Assembly: GCA_965238215.1 (NCBI GenBank)
Contig: OZ250180.1
Span: forward strand, 1,884,111 to 1,948,110
DNA: 64,000 nucleotides
DNA from: Dehalococcoidia bacterium
GTDB taxonomy: Bacteria > Chloroflexota > Dehalococcoidia > Lucifugimonadales > GCA-2712585
Direction of reading: 5' to 3'
Made by a program: the position numbers and the translations under genes. The notes beneath the pieces were generated by a model. That model ran no database searches. It saw only the letters and a program-made list of their open reading frames with translations, and was not told the origin of the DNA. Positions 18,539 to 28,022 of the stretch are shown here, piece by piece; position 1 is the first letter of the stretch, and every line of letters begins with the position of its first letter.

Positions 18539-19405
18539 ATGCCTGAACCTACCATCGAGGACATCATCCTGCAGAAGGACCAGCGGGGCATCGCCGCACT
18601 TCGTCCCTTCCTGCCCGAAGACTTCTGCACCCAGGCGGCCCAGTACGTGCTGGACCGGCCGGGGACCACCCTCATAACCACCGGCTTCTATATCCTTTAC
18701 GGCGACGCTGTGGAGACAGACGGCCCTCCTGGCGCCCTGGCCATCGGCAAGGCCCTGGAGGTCCTTGGTCGCGAGGTGATATACGTGACCGACCAGTACT
18801 GCGGCGGCGTCATGCAGACCCTGGCGGGGCCTGATGCCGCCGTCGTTGAGTTTCCCATCGCGGGCCCTTCCGAAAGCCGGGAATTTGCCCAGGGACTGCT
18901 GGATAGGCTCGATCCCGCCCTGCTCATTGCCATAGAGCGGTGCAGCCCCTCCCAGGACGGCGTATACCGGAATATGCGCTCCGTGGACATTTCGAGCTAC
19001 ACTGCTCGCGTCGACGCTCTGTTCGACCTCCATGAGCATTCTGTTGGCATCGGCGACGGCGGCAACGAGATAGGCATGGGACTCCTGCGAGAGACCATAC
19101 CCACTCTTCCCCGTCTCCCCCAGGAACCCGCGTGGACAGCCTGCCAGCGGCTCATTATAACTAGCGTCTCCAACTGGGGAGGTTGGGGGTTGACCGCCGC
19201 CCTTTCGAAGCTCACGGGCAAGAACTTGCTGCCCACCTTGGAGGAAGAGTCCGAGCGAATCAAGAAGTGCGTGGAAATGGGCGTCGTGGACGGATTCACC
19301 GGCGAACTTAAGGAATCCGTGGACGGATTCCCCTTGGACGAGTACAACCAGACACTGGCGCAGCTCCACGACTTGCTCTCCCGCGAGGGCATCCCCACCC
19401 CCTAG
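18539..19405 (+). CDS. D-glutamate cyclase C-terminal-like protein (DUF4392-like)
   Basis: ITTGF, ETDGPPGA, IER, GIGDGGNEIGMG and VSNWGG motifs. Confidence 0.9.
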   Translation: MPEPTIEDIILQKDQRGIAALRPFLPEDFCTQAAQYVLDRPGTTLITTGFYILYGDAVETDGPPGALAIGKALEVLGREVIYVTDQYCGGVMQTLAGPDAAVVEFPIAGPSESREFAQGLLDRLDPALLIAIERCSPSQDGVYRNMRSVDISSYTARVDALFDLHEHSVGIGDGGNEIGMGLLRETIPTLPRLPQEPAWTACQRLIITSVSNWGGWGLTAALSKLTGKNLLPTLEEESERIKKCVEMGVVDGFTGELKESVDGFPLDEYNQTLAQLHDLLSREGIPTP

Positions 19406-19415
19406 CCCCTAACAG

Positions 19416-19995
19416 CCTTCCCCCTCTATGAGGGAAGGTTTGAGCCTGCCCTCGTGAAGACGGGGGATGGGGGTGAAAAACCTCCCCCACTTCTTGTCCT
19501 CGCGGATGCGGGGACCCATCTTCTCTTCCATCCGGTGCCCTCGCACCTCTCTGTTGTTCCCGCGCCGGGAGACTCTTACATAAACGTCATTACTATGAAA
19601 ATAGCCCGTTTCACGCCTAGAAATCCCTTCCCCCTCTATGGGGGAAGGTTTGAGCCTGCCCTCGTGAAGACGGGGGATGGGGGTGAAAAACCTCCCCCAC
19701 TTCTTGTCCTCGCGGATGCGGGGACCCATCTTCTCTTCCATCCGGTGCACTCGCACCTCTCTGTTGTTCCCGCGCCGGGAGACTCTTACATAAACGTCAT
19801 TACTATGAAAATAGCCCGTTTCACGCCTAGAAATCCCTTCCCCCTCTATGGGGGAAGGTTTGAGCCTGCCCTCGTGAAGACGGGGGATGGGGGTGAAAAA
19901 CCTCCCCCACTTCTTGTCCTCGCGGATGCGGGGACCCATCTTCTCTTCCATCCGGTGCACTCGCACCTCTCTGTTGTTCCCGCGGAGGGAGACCT
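19416..19995. repeat. Tandem array of 210-bp composite REP units (about 2.7 copies)
   Basis: CCTTCCCCCTCTATG starts at 19416, 19626 and 19836; the units are almost identical. Confidence 0.95.
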
Positions 19996-20142
19996 TTGTA
20001 TAACTGTCATTCCGGCCCCCGAGCCGGAATCCAGAATCCCATGATTTAGCTATGGCAAAATTTGTCCCACACCGCTATCTGAATGCGTTTCGGTAGTAAT
20101 GCAGTGGTCTCTGGACGCGGGAATCTATCCTCGCCCTGTAGC

Positions 20143-21627
20143 TTACAAACCCGTAATCTCCAGCGTGCTGACCTCCCCCGAGGCCAGGTCCGCCACCCTG
20201 ATGGCGTGGTTGTTCGTGTCTGAGATGTACAGTTTGCCGTGAGCGACCGTAACTCCCCCAGGCTCGAAGAACGTAGCCGCCGCGCCAACGCCGTCGTCGA
20301 AGCCTGCCTGTCCGGAGCCAAGGAAACTCATGGAAGCCCTTGTTTCGGGGTGTACCTTCTTGATCTTGTGGTTATAGGCATCGGCCACGTACAGGACGCC
20401 GTCGTGTAGGCACAGACCCAGGGGATGCTGGAGACGCACCTCCGGCCCCACGCCATCCACGTCGCCGAATTCGAACAGGCCCCGTCCTACGATGGTGGAT
20501 ACCCGTCCGCTGAGCGAGATGTCCGCCATACGCACGGAGCTTGTTTCGCTGTCGACGAAGTAGAGCTTGCTCCCATCGTGGGTGATGCCGCTGGGTTGAG
20601 CCAGCGCCGCCGATCGCATCGGTCCGTCGTGGATGTCCTCTCTCCCGCTTCCTGCGTGGGGAGCGGCACGTGCAGTCAACTCGTCCAACCCCCAGATCTG
20701 ATGGGATCCTGCCATGGCTGAATAAACCGTGCCCCGATAGACCGTAAGGTCCCACGGGGAGTTGAGGCCCACGCTGTTCAGCGAGCCGCCCTGGTTGCCG
20801 AAGGGCCCCTGGCTTCCCGTGCCAGCCATTGTGTCCACGTATCTGTCGTTGAGATGCACCCGGCGGACTGAGTGATTCTCCGTGTCGGCCACGTACAAAA
20901 TGTTGCTCCTGAGCGCCATCCCCTGGGGGTGGTCGAATGCGGCCACCACAAAGTCCCCGTCCTCGAAGCCCGGTGTAACGCCGCCAATCACGTGCGTCAC
21001 CTCCCCCTCCAGGGTCGTTTGCAGAATCCGGTTGTGGTTGGAGTCGGAAATGAAGAGCCGGTCGCGTCGTTCGTCGGCCAACACCTTGCCGGGAAATGAA
21101 AGGGGACCCTCGGGCGTCTGTTCCAGCCTGTAGTCCAGAGGCTGCCGGTCGAGAATATCCGACGAGTCATAATTTAGGACCATCGCAGACAGCAGCTTGT
21201 CGAAGGCATCGTAGGGAATCTCCCCCTCGTGCTTGCCGATTATCTTTCCCTGAGGATCTACAAAGACAAGTGTTGGCCATGCCCTGCAGCCGTAGGACTG
21301 CCAGACCCGAAACTCGCTGTCGTTGATGACGGGATGGCCTATCTCATAGCGCAGAATCGCCATGCGCAGGTTCTCCGTCTCCCGTTCCGCGGGGAATTTG
21401 GCGGAGTGAACGCCAACGACGGCCAGCTCCTTTTCGTACTTCTTCTCCAGCTTCCGCAACTGCGGAAAGACGTGCATGCAGTTAATTCAACAGTAGGTCC
21501 AGAAGTCCAGAATGACTATCTTCCCTTTGAGGTCTTCCATGCTGATGGCTCGCTGGGTGTTGAGCCATGCCAGGCCGTCGGGAAAGTCCGGCGCCGGGGT
21601 GTTTCCGAAGTATGGCGATTGAGTCAT
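20143..21627 (-). CDS. Selenoprotein: thioredoxin-like domain plus NHL repeats (NHLRC2/SOQ1-like), Sec at codon 47
   Basis: ATG 21627 reads MTQSPYFG...LDFWTYC-TGA-INCMH in frame into the 444-aa ORF. The family motif is FWTYCCINC, so TGA (21487-21489) sits at a Cys position. Confidence 0.85.
21451..21468 (-). promoter_or_regulatory. Putative bacterial SECIS hairpin
   Basis: mRNA UUCCGC-AGUU-GCGGAA stem-loop; the loop starts about 25 nt after UGA and has G at loop position 2. Confidence 0.65.
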
Positions 21628-21791
21628 GGGGCTCTCTCTTTCGGGTAGATGTGCTGCACCCATTGTGCACTAGAGAGAAGGCATAATCTACCCTTGGGCT
21701 GTGACACTGGCCCGTGACGGATTGTGCCCTTGTGGGGTAATATCTTAGGGTCAGTCAGAGAATAATCTCCGAGAATTGTCTGAGGCAAAAA

Positions 21792-22514
21792 GTGCGAAGC
21801 AAGGTTTTCAATACCTTTGACGAGGCCGTGGCCGACGTTCCTTCCGGTTCTACCATCATGGTGCCGGGGTTCGCCGGGCCTGGTACGCCGCGCAATCTCA
21901 TTGCTGCTCTGCTTCGACAGGGCGCGCGGAATCTGACCGCCATCTCCAACCATCCCGGCGCTGGCCCCTTCGACAATCGTGTAGACCTGGGAACTCTCAT
22001 CGAGGCCGGACGGGTGCGGAAAGTCGTCTGCTCCTTCACGGCTGCCCCCCATCCGTCCCAGGCCACCCATTTTGAAAAGCTCTACAACAGCGGTAAAGCG
22101 GAGGGGGAACTGGTGCCCCAGGGAACTCTGGCAGAACGCATTCGGGCCGCGGGCGCCGGAATTGGGGCCTTCTATACGCCCACCGGCGTCGGTACGGAGC
22201 TGGCCGAAGGCAAAGAGCATCGTGTCATAGATGGCCGGGAGTATATTCTGGAGTACCCCCTTCACGCCGACTACGCCCTCATTCGAGCCTATCGCAGCGA
22301 CACCTTCGGCAACTTGCAGTATCGTCTGTCCCAGAGGAACTTCAACCCCATCATGGCCATGGCCGCCCGGGTGACCCTGGTGGAGGTCGAGGAGGAGATA
22401 ATTGCCCTGGGAGCCATGGACCCGGATCACGTCCACACCCCGGGCATCTGCGTAGACCGGGTCGTGCACATCCCGGAAGACGGCATAATGGAAGAAGCCA
22501 TTTATCGAGACTGA
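21792..22514 (+). CDS. 3-oxoacid CoA-transferase subunit A
   Basis: IMVPGF.GPG.P, PQGTLAERIRAAGAGI and RNFNP motifs. Confidence 0.9.
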   Translation: MRSKVFNTFDEAVADVPSGSTIMVPGFAGPGTPRNLIAALLRQGARNLTAISNHPGAGPFDNRVDLGTLIEAGRVRKVVCSFTAAPHPSQATHFEKLYNSGKAEGELVPQGTLAERIRAAGAGIGAFYTPTGVGTELAEGKEHRVIDGREYILEYPLHADYALIRAYRSDTFGNLQYRLSQRNFNPIMAMAARVTLVEVEEEIIALGAMDPDHVHTPGICVDRVVHIPEDGIMEEAIYRD

Positions 22515-22575
22515 GCAAGTATGTTATTGTTATATGGCATTATCGACGGAATCATTGAAGCAGGAGCCAAGCGAA

Positions 22576-22758
22576 ATGGCACGAACCACTGAGCCGCAGC
22601 AAGATAGGAAGCGCGCAACGACGCACGACAACGGTGCCACTGCGAACAACGCGCCGAATACCAAATACGTCCCGATACCCGACGACGAGTTCGAGGCGCT
22701 CTTGAAGGAAGGGATTGAGAAGTACGACGCGATATGGAAGAGCTTGGCCGACAAGTAA
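22576..22758 (+). CDS. Putative antitoxin (Phd-like C-terminus)
   Basis: Small ORF with GGAG RBS overlapping the doc gene; ends EKYDAIWKSLADK. Confidence 0.6.
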   Translation: MARTTEPQQDRKRATTHDNGATANNAPNTKYVPIPDDEFEALLKEGIEKYDAIWKSLADK

Positions 22759-23138
22759 AGATTCCCAGCGTCGCACGAATAGTCAGAATCAATCAAGACG
22801 CGATCAGGTTATATGGCGGTCAGTATGTCGGCACTGATAATCTCCGAAGCCGCGAAAGCCTGGAAAACACCCTCTTTCTCATCGGCAACGAAGTCTTTGG
22901 CGTAGACCAATTTCCCACCCTGATGGAGAAAGCCGCCGCCTTGGGCGAGTGCATAATCGCCCGGCACGTCTTCTGGGACGGAAACAAGCGGACGGGCGTA
23001 TATGCCACTTGGATGTTTCTCAAAGCCAATGATGTAATTGTGAATCTAGACGCTTCAGTGGAAGACTTGGCCGTGGGCATCGCCAGCGGCAACGCGGGAT
23101 TTGATGTGTTCCTTGATTGGCTCCACCAACACCAGTGA
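22734..23138 (+). CDS. doc: Doc/Fic-family toxin
   Basis: KAAAL...HVFWDGNKRTG Doc motif. Confidence 0.9.
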   Translation: MEELGRQVKIPSVARIVRINQDAIRLYGGQYVGTDNLRSRESLENTLFLIGNEVFGVDQFPTLMEKAAALGECIIARHVFWDGNKRTGVYATWMFLKANDVIVNLDASVEDLAVGIASGNAGFDVFLDWLHQHQ

Positions 23139-23148
23139 AAGAAAACCC

Positions 23149-23817
23149 ATGTCAGAAAAAAAACGGCTCAACCGACAGCAGATGGCCAACCGGCTGGCCC
23201 AGGAGTTCCAGGACGGCTGGTTGGTCAACCTGGGAATCGGCATTCCCACCCTCTGCTCCAACTACAAGCAGACGGACAAAGAGATAATCTACCACTCGGA
23301 GAACGGCGTCATCGGCTACGGCGCTATCTACCCCAGGGGCGAGGAGGATCGGCACCTGGTCAACGCCGGCGGTCAGTACGTCAGCCTGGTGGCCGGTGCG
23401 TCCATCGTCCACCACGCCGACTCCTTCGCCATCATCCGCAGCGGCATGCTTGACCTGACGGTTATGGGCGCCTACGAGGTGGCCGAGAACGGAGACTTTG
23501 CCAATTGGAAGACCCAGGGCCGTCCCGGTGGGGGCATTGGTGGCGCAATGGACCTGGCCGTGGGGGCGCAGCGGGTGTTCATCGCCATGCAGCACACCCT
23601 CCGCGACGGTACCCCCCGGGTGCTCAAGCGCTGCACCCTGCCCGTGACCGCGAGGGGCGTGGTGAAGCTACTGGTCACGGACCTGGCCCTCTTTGAAGTT
23701 ACGGAAGCGGGCCTGCTTATGCGAGAAATAGCGCCTGGATTTAGCCCCGAGGAGGTGCAGGCGGTGACAGAGGCCCGCATCGTCGTTTCCGAGAACCTAA
23801 AGGAGATGGCGGCTTAG
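23149..23817 (+). CDS. 3-oxoacid CoA-transferase subunit B
   Basis: VNLGIGIPT, HSENG (catalytic Glu) and GGAMDL motifs. Confidence 0.9.
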   Translation: MSEKKRLNRQQMANRLAQEFQDGWLVNLGIGIPTLCSNYKQTDKEIIYHSENGVIGYGAIYPRGEEDRHLVNAGGQYVSLVAGASIVHHADSFAIIRSGMLDLTVMGAYEVAENGDFANWKTQGRPGGGIGGAMDLAVGAQRVFIAMQHTLRDGTPRVLKRCTLPVTARGVVKLLVTDLALFEVTEAGLLMREIAPGFSPEEVQAVTEARIVVSENLKEMAA

Positions 23818-23848
23818 CCCGATGCCCAACGCCGCCCTGCCGCAGGTT

Positions 23849-24025
23849 CTATCGAGCGTTCGCTTTTACAAGGGGCTTCTCCTTGCTAGCCGTGGCCTTC
23901 TTCACCGGGGCCTTCTCGAAGTCCCTGGCGTAGCCGCACTGGATGCAGCTAAGGAAGAAACCGTCAAAATCGTTTCTCAGCAGAAGGTCGCCTTTGCACT
24001 TGGGGCAGGACTTGAGTAGTAGCAT
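23849..24025 (-). CDS. Small zinc-ribbon protein
   Basis: CPKCKGDL...CIQCGY; GGAGG RBS. Confidence 0.75.
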   Translation of the reverse strand: MLLLKSCPKCKGDLLLRNDFDGFFLSCIQCGYARDFEKAPVKKATASKEKPLVKANAR

Positions 24026-24085
24026 CTTGCCCTCCAATCCGAGATCTGACGTATCATTAACTCTGAACCAGAGTAGATTATAAAC

Positions 24086-24115
24086 CTTGACACAGAATGT
24101 ATCAAGAACTAAGAT
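24086..24115 (+). promoter_or_regulatory. HAIR-like operator (CTTGA-N11-TCAAG) overlapping a TTGACA-N17-TAAGAT promoter
   Basis: Inverted repeat at 24086-24106 fits the HspR operator spacing and lies directly upstream of hspR-grpE-dnaK. Confidence 0.75.
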
Positions 24116-24255
24116 ATGAATATATTAAATACGGCGCTGCCAGAAAAACGGATTCAGTGAGAGAAAGACGAACGAGAATTCAACCGGAAATCCAGCAGGA
24201 GGAGGTCTCAGACACCTTCCCCGGCTCGATTCCTATTAGGCAGAGGCCGGAGCAC

Positions 24256-24678
24256 ATGTCCTTGGAGCCAAAATCCAACCGGACCCGGCGGAGCGCCCCC
24301 CAGGAGCCGCCTCCCAATCGCCGGGAGGTGCAGGGCGTATATATCATAAGCGTTGCCGCCCGGCTCCTTGAGATGCACCCCCAGACCCTGCGAAAATACG
24401 AGCGGCTGGGCATGGTCCGTCCCGTCCGCACCGTGGGAATGCTTCGCCTGTACTCGGAAAGAGACCTGAGGAAACTGCGCCTCATTCGCCACCTGGAGAC
24501 GGACATGGGCATGAACCTCGCCGGCGTCCGCTTCATCCTGGACCTGCTGGAGCAACTGCTTAAGATGCACGAAAGATTAACTGTGAACCAGGACCATCAG
24601 GCCATGAACGCTATCATGGACAGGGAAATAAAGCGTCTCTTCCGGGAGATGAACCTGCCCCTCAGCATGTGGCGATGA
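24256..24678 (+). CDS. hspR: Heat-shock repressor HspR (MerR family)
   Basis: GVYIISVAARLLEMHPQTLRKYER...GMNLAGV. Confidence 0.85.
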   Translation: MSLEPKSNRTRRSAPQEPPPNRREVQGVYIISVAARLLEMHPQTLRKYERLGMVRPVRTVGMLRLYSERDLRKLRLIRHLETDMGMNLAGVRFILDLLEQLLKMHERLTVNQDHQAMNAIMDREIKRLFREMNLPLSMWR

Positions 24679-25265
24679 TGCACGAGAGAGAGAATATGGA
24701 ACGTCGGCTTGAACCCTGCGGGACCGAGGAGAACTTAGGCGAGTCTGCGGAAGCCTCATCGTCCGAGTCGGAAACCGTGTCCCTCCAGATGGAGCAGGAC
24801 CGGCTTGAGAACGCTCTCCGTAGAGCTCAGGCAGACCTCGTGAACTACCGCAACCGCATGGAGACGGAACGGGCCGACCTGCTCAAGTATGGTAACCAGC
24901 GCCTTCTCGGCCGCCTCCTCCCCATCCTCGACGAGCTTACCCTCGCCCTGCAGCAGCCGTCCGACGGCGCATCGTCGGACTCCTGGCTGGAAGGCTTCCG
25001 CCTCATCAATCGAAAGTTCCATGCCTTGCTGGAACTGGAAGGCGTGGAGCGGATAGAGGCCTTGGGCAAACCCTTCGACCCTTCCGAGCACGAAGCCTTG
25101 GCCCAGCAGCAGACCGCTGACAAAGAGGATGGCCAAGTGTTAATGGTGGTCCGCAACGGATATACACTTCATACCCGGTTGCTCCGTCCGGCCCAGGTGA
25201 TTGTTGCCGTCAATAGTGGCCCTTCACCAACAAATCCGGACTCCAACCCGGTCTCAGACAACTAA
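24675..25265 (+). CDS. grpE: Nucleotide exchange factor GrpE
   Basis: [19 protein letters not shown] and GY...RLLRPAQV motifs. Confidence 0.95.
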   Translation: MMHERENMERRLEPCGTEENLGESAEASSSESETVSLQMEQDRLENALRRAQADLVNYRNRMETERADLLKYGNQRLLGRLLPILDELTLALQQPSDGASSDSWLEGFRLINRKFHALLELEGVERIEALGKPFDPSEHEALAQQQTADKEDGQVLMVVRNGYTLHTRLLRPAQVIVAVNSGPSPTNPDSNPVSDN

Positions 25266-25276
25266 GGAGGAACAAA

Positions 25277-27178
25277 ATGGCAAAGGTCTTGGGAATTGAC
25301 CTGGGTACTACTAATTCCGTGGCCAGCGTGGTGGAGGCCGGTGAACCCGTAGTCGTCGAGAACGCCGAGGGCAACCGGGTTACCCCCTCCGTTGTGGCCG
25401 TAAACCCACGCTCCAGCGAGCGTTACGTGGGCCAAATGGCCAAGCGTCAGGCCGTGACCAACCCGCAGAACACCGTCTTCTCCGTGAAGCGGCTCATGGG
25501 CAGAAAGTACGACGACTCGGAGACCCAGAAGGCAGCTGGATCCCTGCCCTACAAGATTGTTAAGGCCTCCAATGGGGACGCCTACGTTGAAATGGGCGGC
25601 CGCCAGTTCGCTCCGCCTCAGGTCTCTGCAATGATCCTGCAGAAGATGAAGCAGGATGCCGAGGCCAAGCTGGGCGAGGAGATAAGCCAGGCAGTTATCA
25701 CTGTGCCAGCCTATTTCAACGACGCTCAACGCCAGGCCACCAAGGACGCCGGTCAGATAGCCGGTCTCGAGGTTCTGCGTATCATCAACGAGCCGACCGC
25801 AGCCTCCATGGCCTACGGCGTGGGCAAGGACAGCGGCGACAAGACCCTCGCCGTCTACGACCTGGGCGGCGGCACTTTCGACATCTCCATCCTGGAGATG
25901 GGGGACGGCGTCTTCGAGGTGAAGTCCACCAGTGGGGATACCTTTCTCGGCGGCGATGACTTCGACCAACGCATCATGGACTGGCTCATCGATGAATTCC
26001 GCAGTGAAACGGGCATAAACCTCGGCCAAGACCGGATGGCCCTGCAGCGCCTCAGGGAGGCGGCGGAGAAGGCCAAGGTGGAGCTTTCCAGTGTCATGGA
26101 AACGGAGATTAACCTGCCCTTCATCACCGCTGACGCCACGGGTCCGAAGCACTTGCTCAAGCCCCTCAGCCGCAGTAAGTTTCAGCAGCTCGTCGTCGAC
26201 CTGGTCGACAGGACCGACGGGCCATGCCGCCAGGCTATCCGGGACGCCGGCCTCGCCCCTTCCCAAATAGATGAGGTGATTCTCGTGGGCGGCATGACCC
26301 GCGCCCCCCTTATCCAGGAGAAGGTCAAGGCCATCTTCGGCAAAGATCCGAATCGCACCGTTAATCCGGACGAAGCTGTAGCCCTCGGCGCCGCCCTCCA
26401 GGCGGGTGTCCTCCAAGGCGACGTTCAAGACCTTCTGCTTCTGGACGTTACGCCCCTAACCCTGGGGCTCGAGACCCTGGGCGGTGTGGCCACTTCGTTA
26501 ATCTCACGCAACACTACCATCCCCACCTCCAAGAGCGAGTCTTTCACCACCGCCGCAGACAATCAGACCAGTGTGGAGATCCACGTGTTCCAGGGCGAAA
26601 GACCCATGGCCACCGACAACAAGTCCATCGGCCGGTTCATTCTGGACGGCCTCCTCCCCGCTCCTAGGGGGATGCCTCAAATCGAAGTTGCCTTTGACAT
26701 CGACGCCAACGGCATCCTCAGCGTCTCCGCCAAGGACAAGGGTACGGGCAAGGAGCAGAAGATAGTCATCGAGGCCAGTTCCGGCCTCAGCAAGGACCAA
26801 GTGGAAGAGATGGTTCGGGAGGGGGAGGCCCACTCAGAGGAAGACCGTCGCAAGCGGGCCGAGGTTGAAACGCGGAACCAGGCAGACAACCTCGTCTACA
26901 ACACGGAGAAGCTGCTCGCGGAAAGCGCCGACAATGCTCCGGAGGAGCTGAAGCGAGAGGTGGAAGAGAAGCTGGAGTCGTTGAAGGCGGCCATCAAGGC
27001 CAACGACGTCGCCGGTATGCAGACTGCAATCCCCGGCTTGAACGAGGCGCTGCAAAAGCTGGGTCAGGCCGTGTACGCCCAGTCCGGCGGCCCCGGCGGC
27101 CCGCAGCCGCCGGGCGATGCACCCCCCAACGATCCTGACCCGGGAACCGTTGAGGGTGAATTCAAAGAAGTAAACTAA
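25277..27178 (+). CDS. dnaK: Chaperone DnaK
   Basis: [17 protein letters not shown] and DLGGGTFD motifs. Confidence 0.98.
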   Translation: MAKVLGIDLGTTNSVASVVEAGEPVVVENAEGNRVTPSVVAVNPRSSERYVGQMAKRQAVTNPQNTVFSVKRLMGRKYDDSETQKAAGSLPYKIVKASNGDAYVEMGGRQFAPPQVSAMILQKMKQDAEAKLGEEISQAVITVPAYFNDAQRQATKDAGQIAGLEVLRIINEPTAASMAYGVGKDSGDKTLAVYDLGGGTFDISILEMGDGVFEVKSTSGDTFLGGDDFDQRIMDWLIDEFRSETGINLGQDRMALQRLREAAEKAKVELSSVMETEINLPFITADATGPKHLLKPLSRSKFQQLVVDLVDRTDGPCRQAIRDAGLAPSQIDEVILVGGMTRAPLIQEKVKAIFGKDPNRTVNPDEAVALGAALQAGVLQGDVQDLLLLDVTPLTLGLETLGGVATSLISRNTTIPTSKSESFTTAADNQTSVEIHVFQGERPMATDNKSIGRFILDGLLPAPRGMPQIEVAFDIDANGILSVSAKDKGTGKEQKIVIEASSGLSKDQVEEMVREGEAHSEEDRRKRAEVETRNQADNLVYNTEKLLAESADNAPEELKREVEEKLESLKAAIKANDVAGMQTAIPGLNEALQKLGQAVYAQSGGPGGPQPPGDAPPNDPDPGTVEGEFKEVN

Positions 27179-27200
27179 CGAGCGGCCTATCCTATTGCGC

Positions 27201-27225
27201 AAGGGCGGCCACGAGGGCCGCCCTT
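27201..27225 (+). terminator. Hairpin after dnaK (terminator or REP variant)
   Basis: AAGGGCGGCC-ACGAG-GGCCGCCCTT. Confidence 0.55.
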
Positions 27226-27304
27226 CTCCCACCTATACAGGTTGACGGTGAGACGCCTTCAACTTAGCCTAATGGTAGACAGCCTTTGAACTGCGGGAGG
27301 AAAT

Positions 27305-27565
27305 ATGGCTAAGACGTGGTGTATCAAGGACGCCAAAACGCGGTTCGACGAGTTCTTACAAGCGAGTTTGGCCGAAGGACCCCAGATAGTTGCCGAAGAC
27401 GGTGTGGAAATGGCGGCGCTCCTTCCCATCGAATACTGGCGACGATTGGAGAGGATGCCCACACTGGACCTGAAGGAACTGCTCCTGGCTCCGGAAGCCC
27501 GTACCGACGCCCTTGTGGCCCCTCGCATCGATCGCCGCCGCCGAACGACCGCGTCCATCGAATAG
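27305..27565 (+). CDS. Phd/YefM-family antitoxin
   Basis: W...DAK.RF.E.L.....EGPQIV; upstream of a PIN toxin. Confidence 0.85.
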   Translation: MAKTWCIKDAKTRFDEFLQASLAEGPQIVAEDGVEMAALLPIEYWRRLERMPTLDLKELLLAPEARTDALVAPRIDRRRRTTASIE

Positions 27566-27568
27566 GTA

Positions 27569-27973
27569 ATGTATCTGCTCGATACTAACGTGGTTTCGGA
27601 ACTGAGGCGTTCTCGTCCCAATGCAGCTGTCTTGCAATGGATATTGGGCATTCCTTCTGAACAACTCTTTCTGCCTGCGGTCACTATCGGAGAGATTCAG
27701 GCAGGGATTGAAATCACTCGAGAGCAGAACTCGGCAAAGGCGGAGGAATTGGAAGTCTGGCTCGACCAGGTCATGGCATCTTACGGGGTATTGCCAATGG
27801 GCGCCGACGCGTTTAGAGAGTGGGCCAGGCTCATGCATAGGAAGTCAAGGGTCATCACGGAGGACGCCATGATTGCGGCGACGGCCATAGTCAACAATCT
27901 AACGGTGGTTACCAGGAACGTTCGTGACTTCAGGCGCCTTGGCGTGGAACTGCACAATCCCTTCGAGGACTAA
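27569..27973 (+). CDS. vapC: VapC PIN-domain toxin
   Basis: MYLLDTNVVSE, D.MIAATA, VTRNVRDF and NPF motifs. Confidence 0.92.
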   Translation: MYLLDTNVVSELRRSRPNAAVLQWILGIPSEQLFLPAVTIGEIQAGIEITREQNSAKAEELEVWLDQVMASYGVLPMGADAFREWARLMHRKSRVITEDAMIAATAIVNNLTVVTRNVRDFRRLGVELHNPFED

Positions 27974-28022
27974 GCCGTTACATTCGTTGTCTGCCCCATC
28001 CACCGCGCTGGTACGCCCCCCA

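Noticed and set aside
19409-20044. CRISPR array, or repeat-protein ORFs (19409-19966 minus, 19454-20044 plus)
   Set aside because: The units are identical 210-bp REP composites. The ORFs arise because 210 is divisible by 3, and the modules occur elsewhere as non-coding palindromes.
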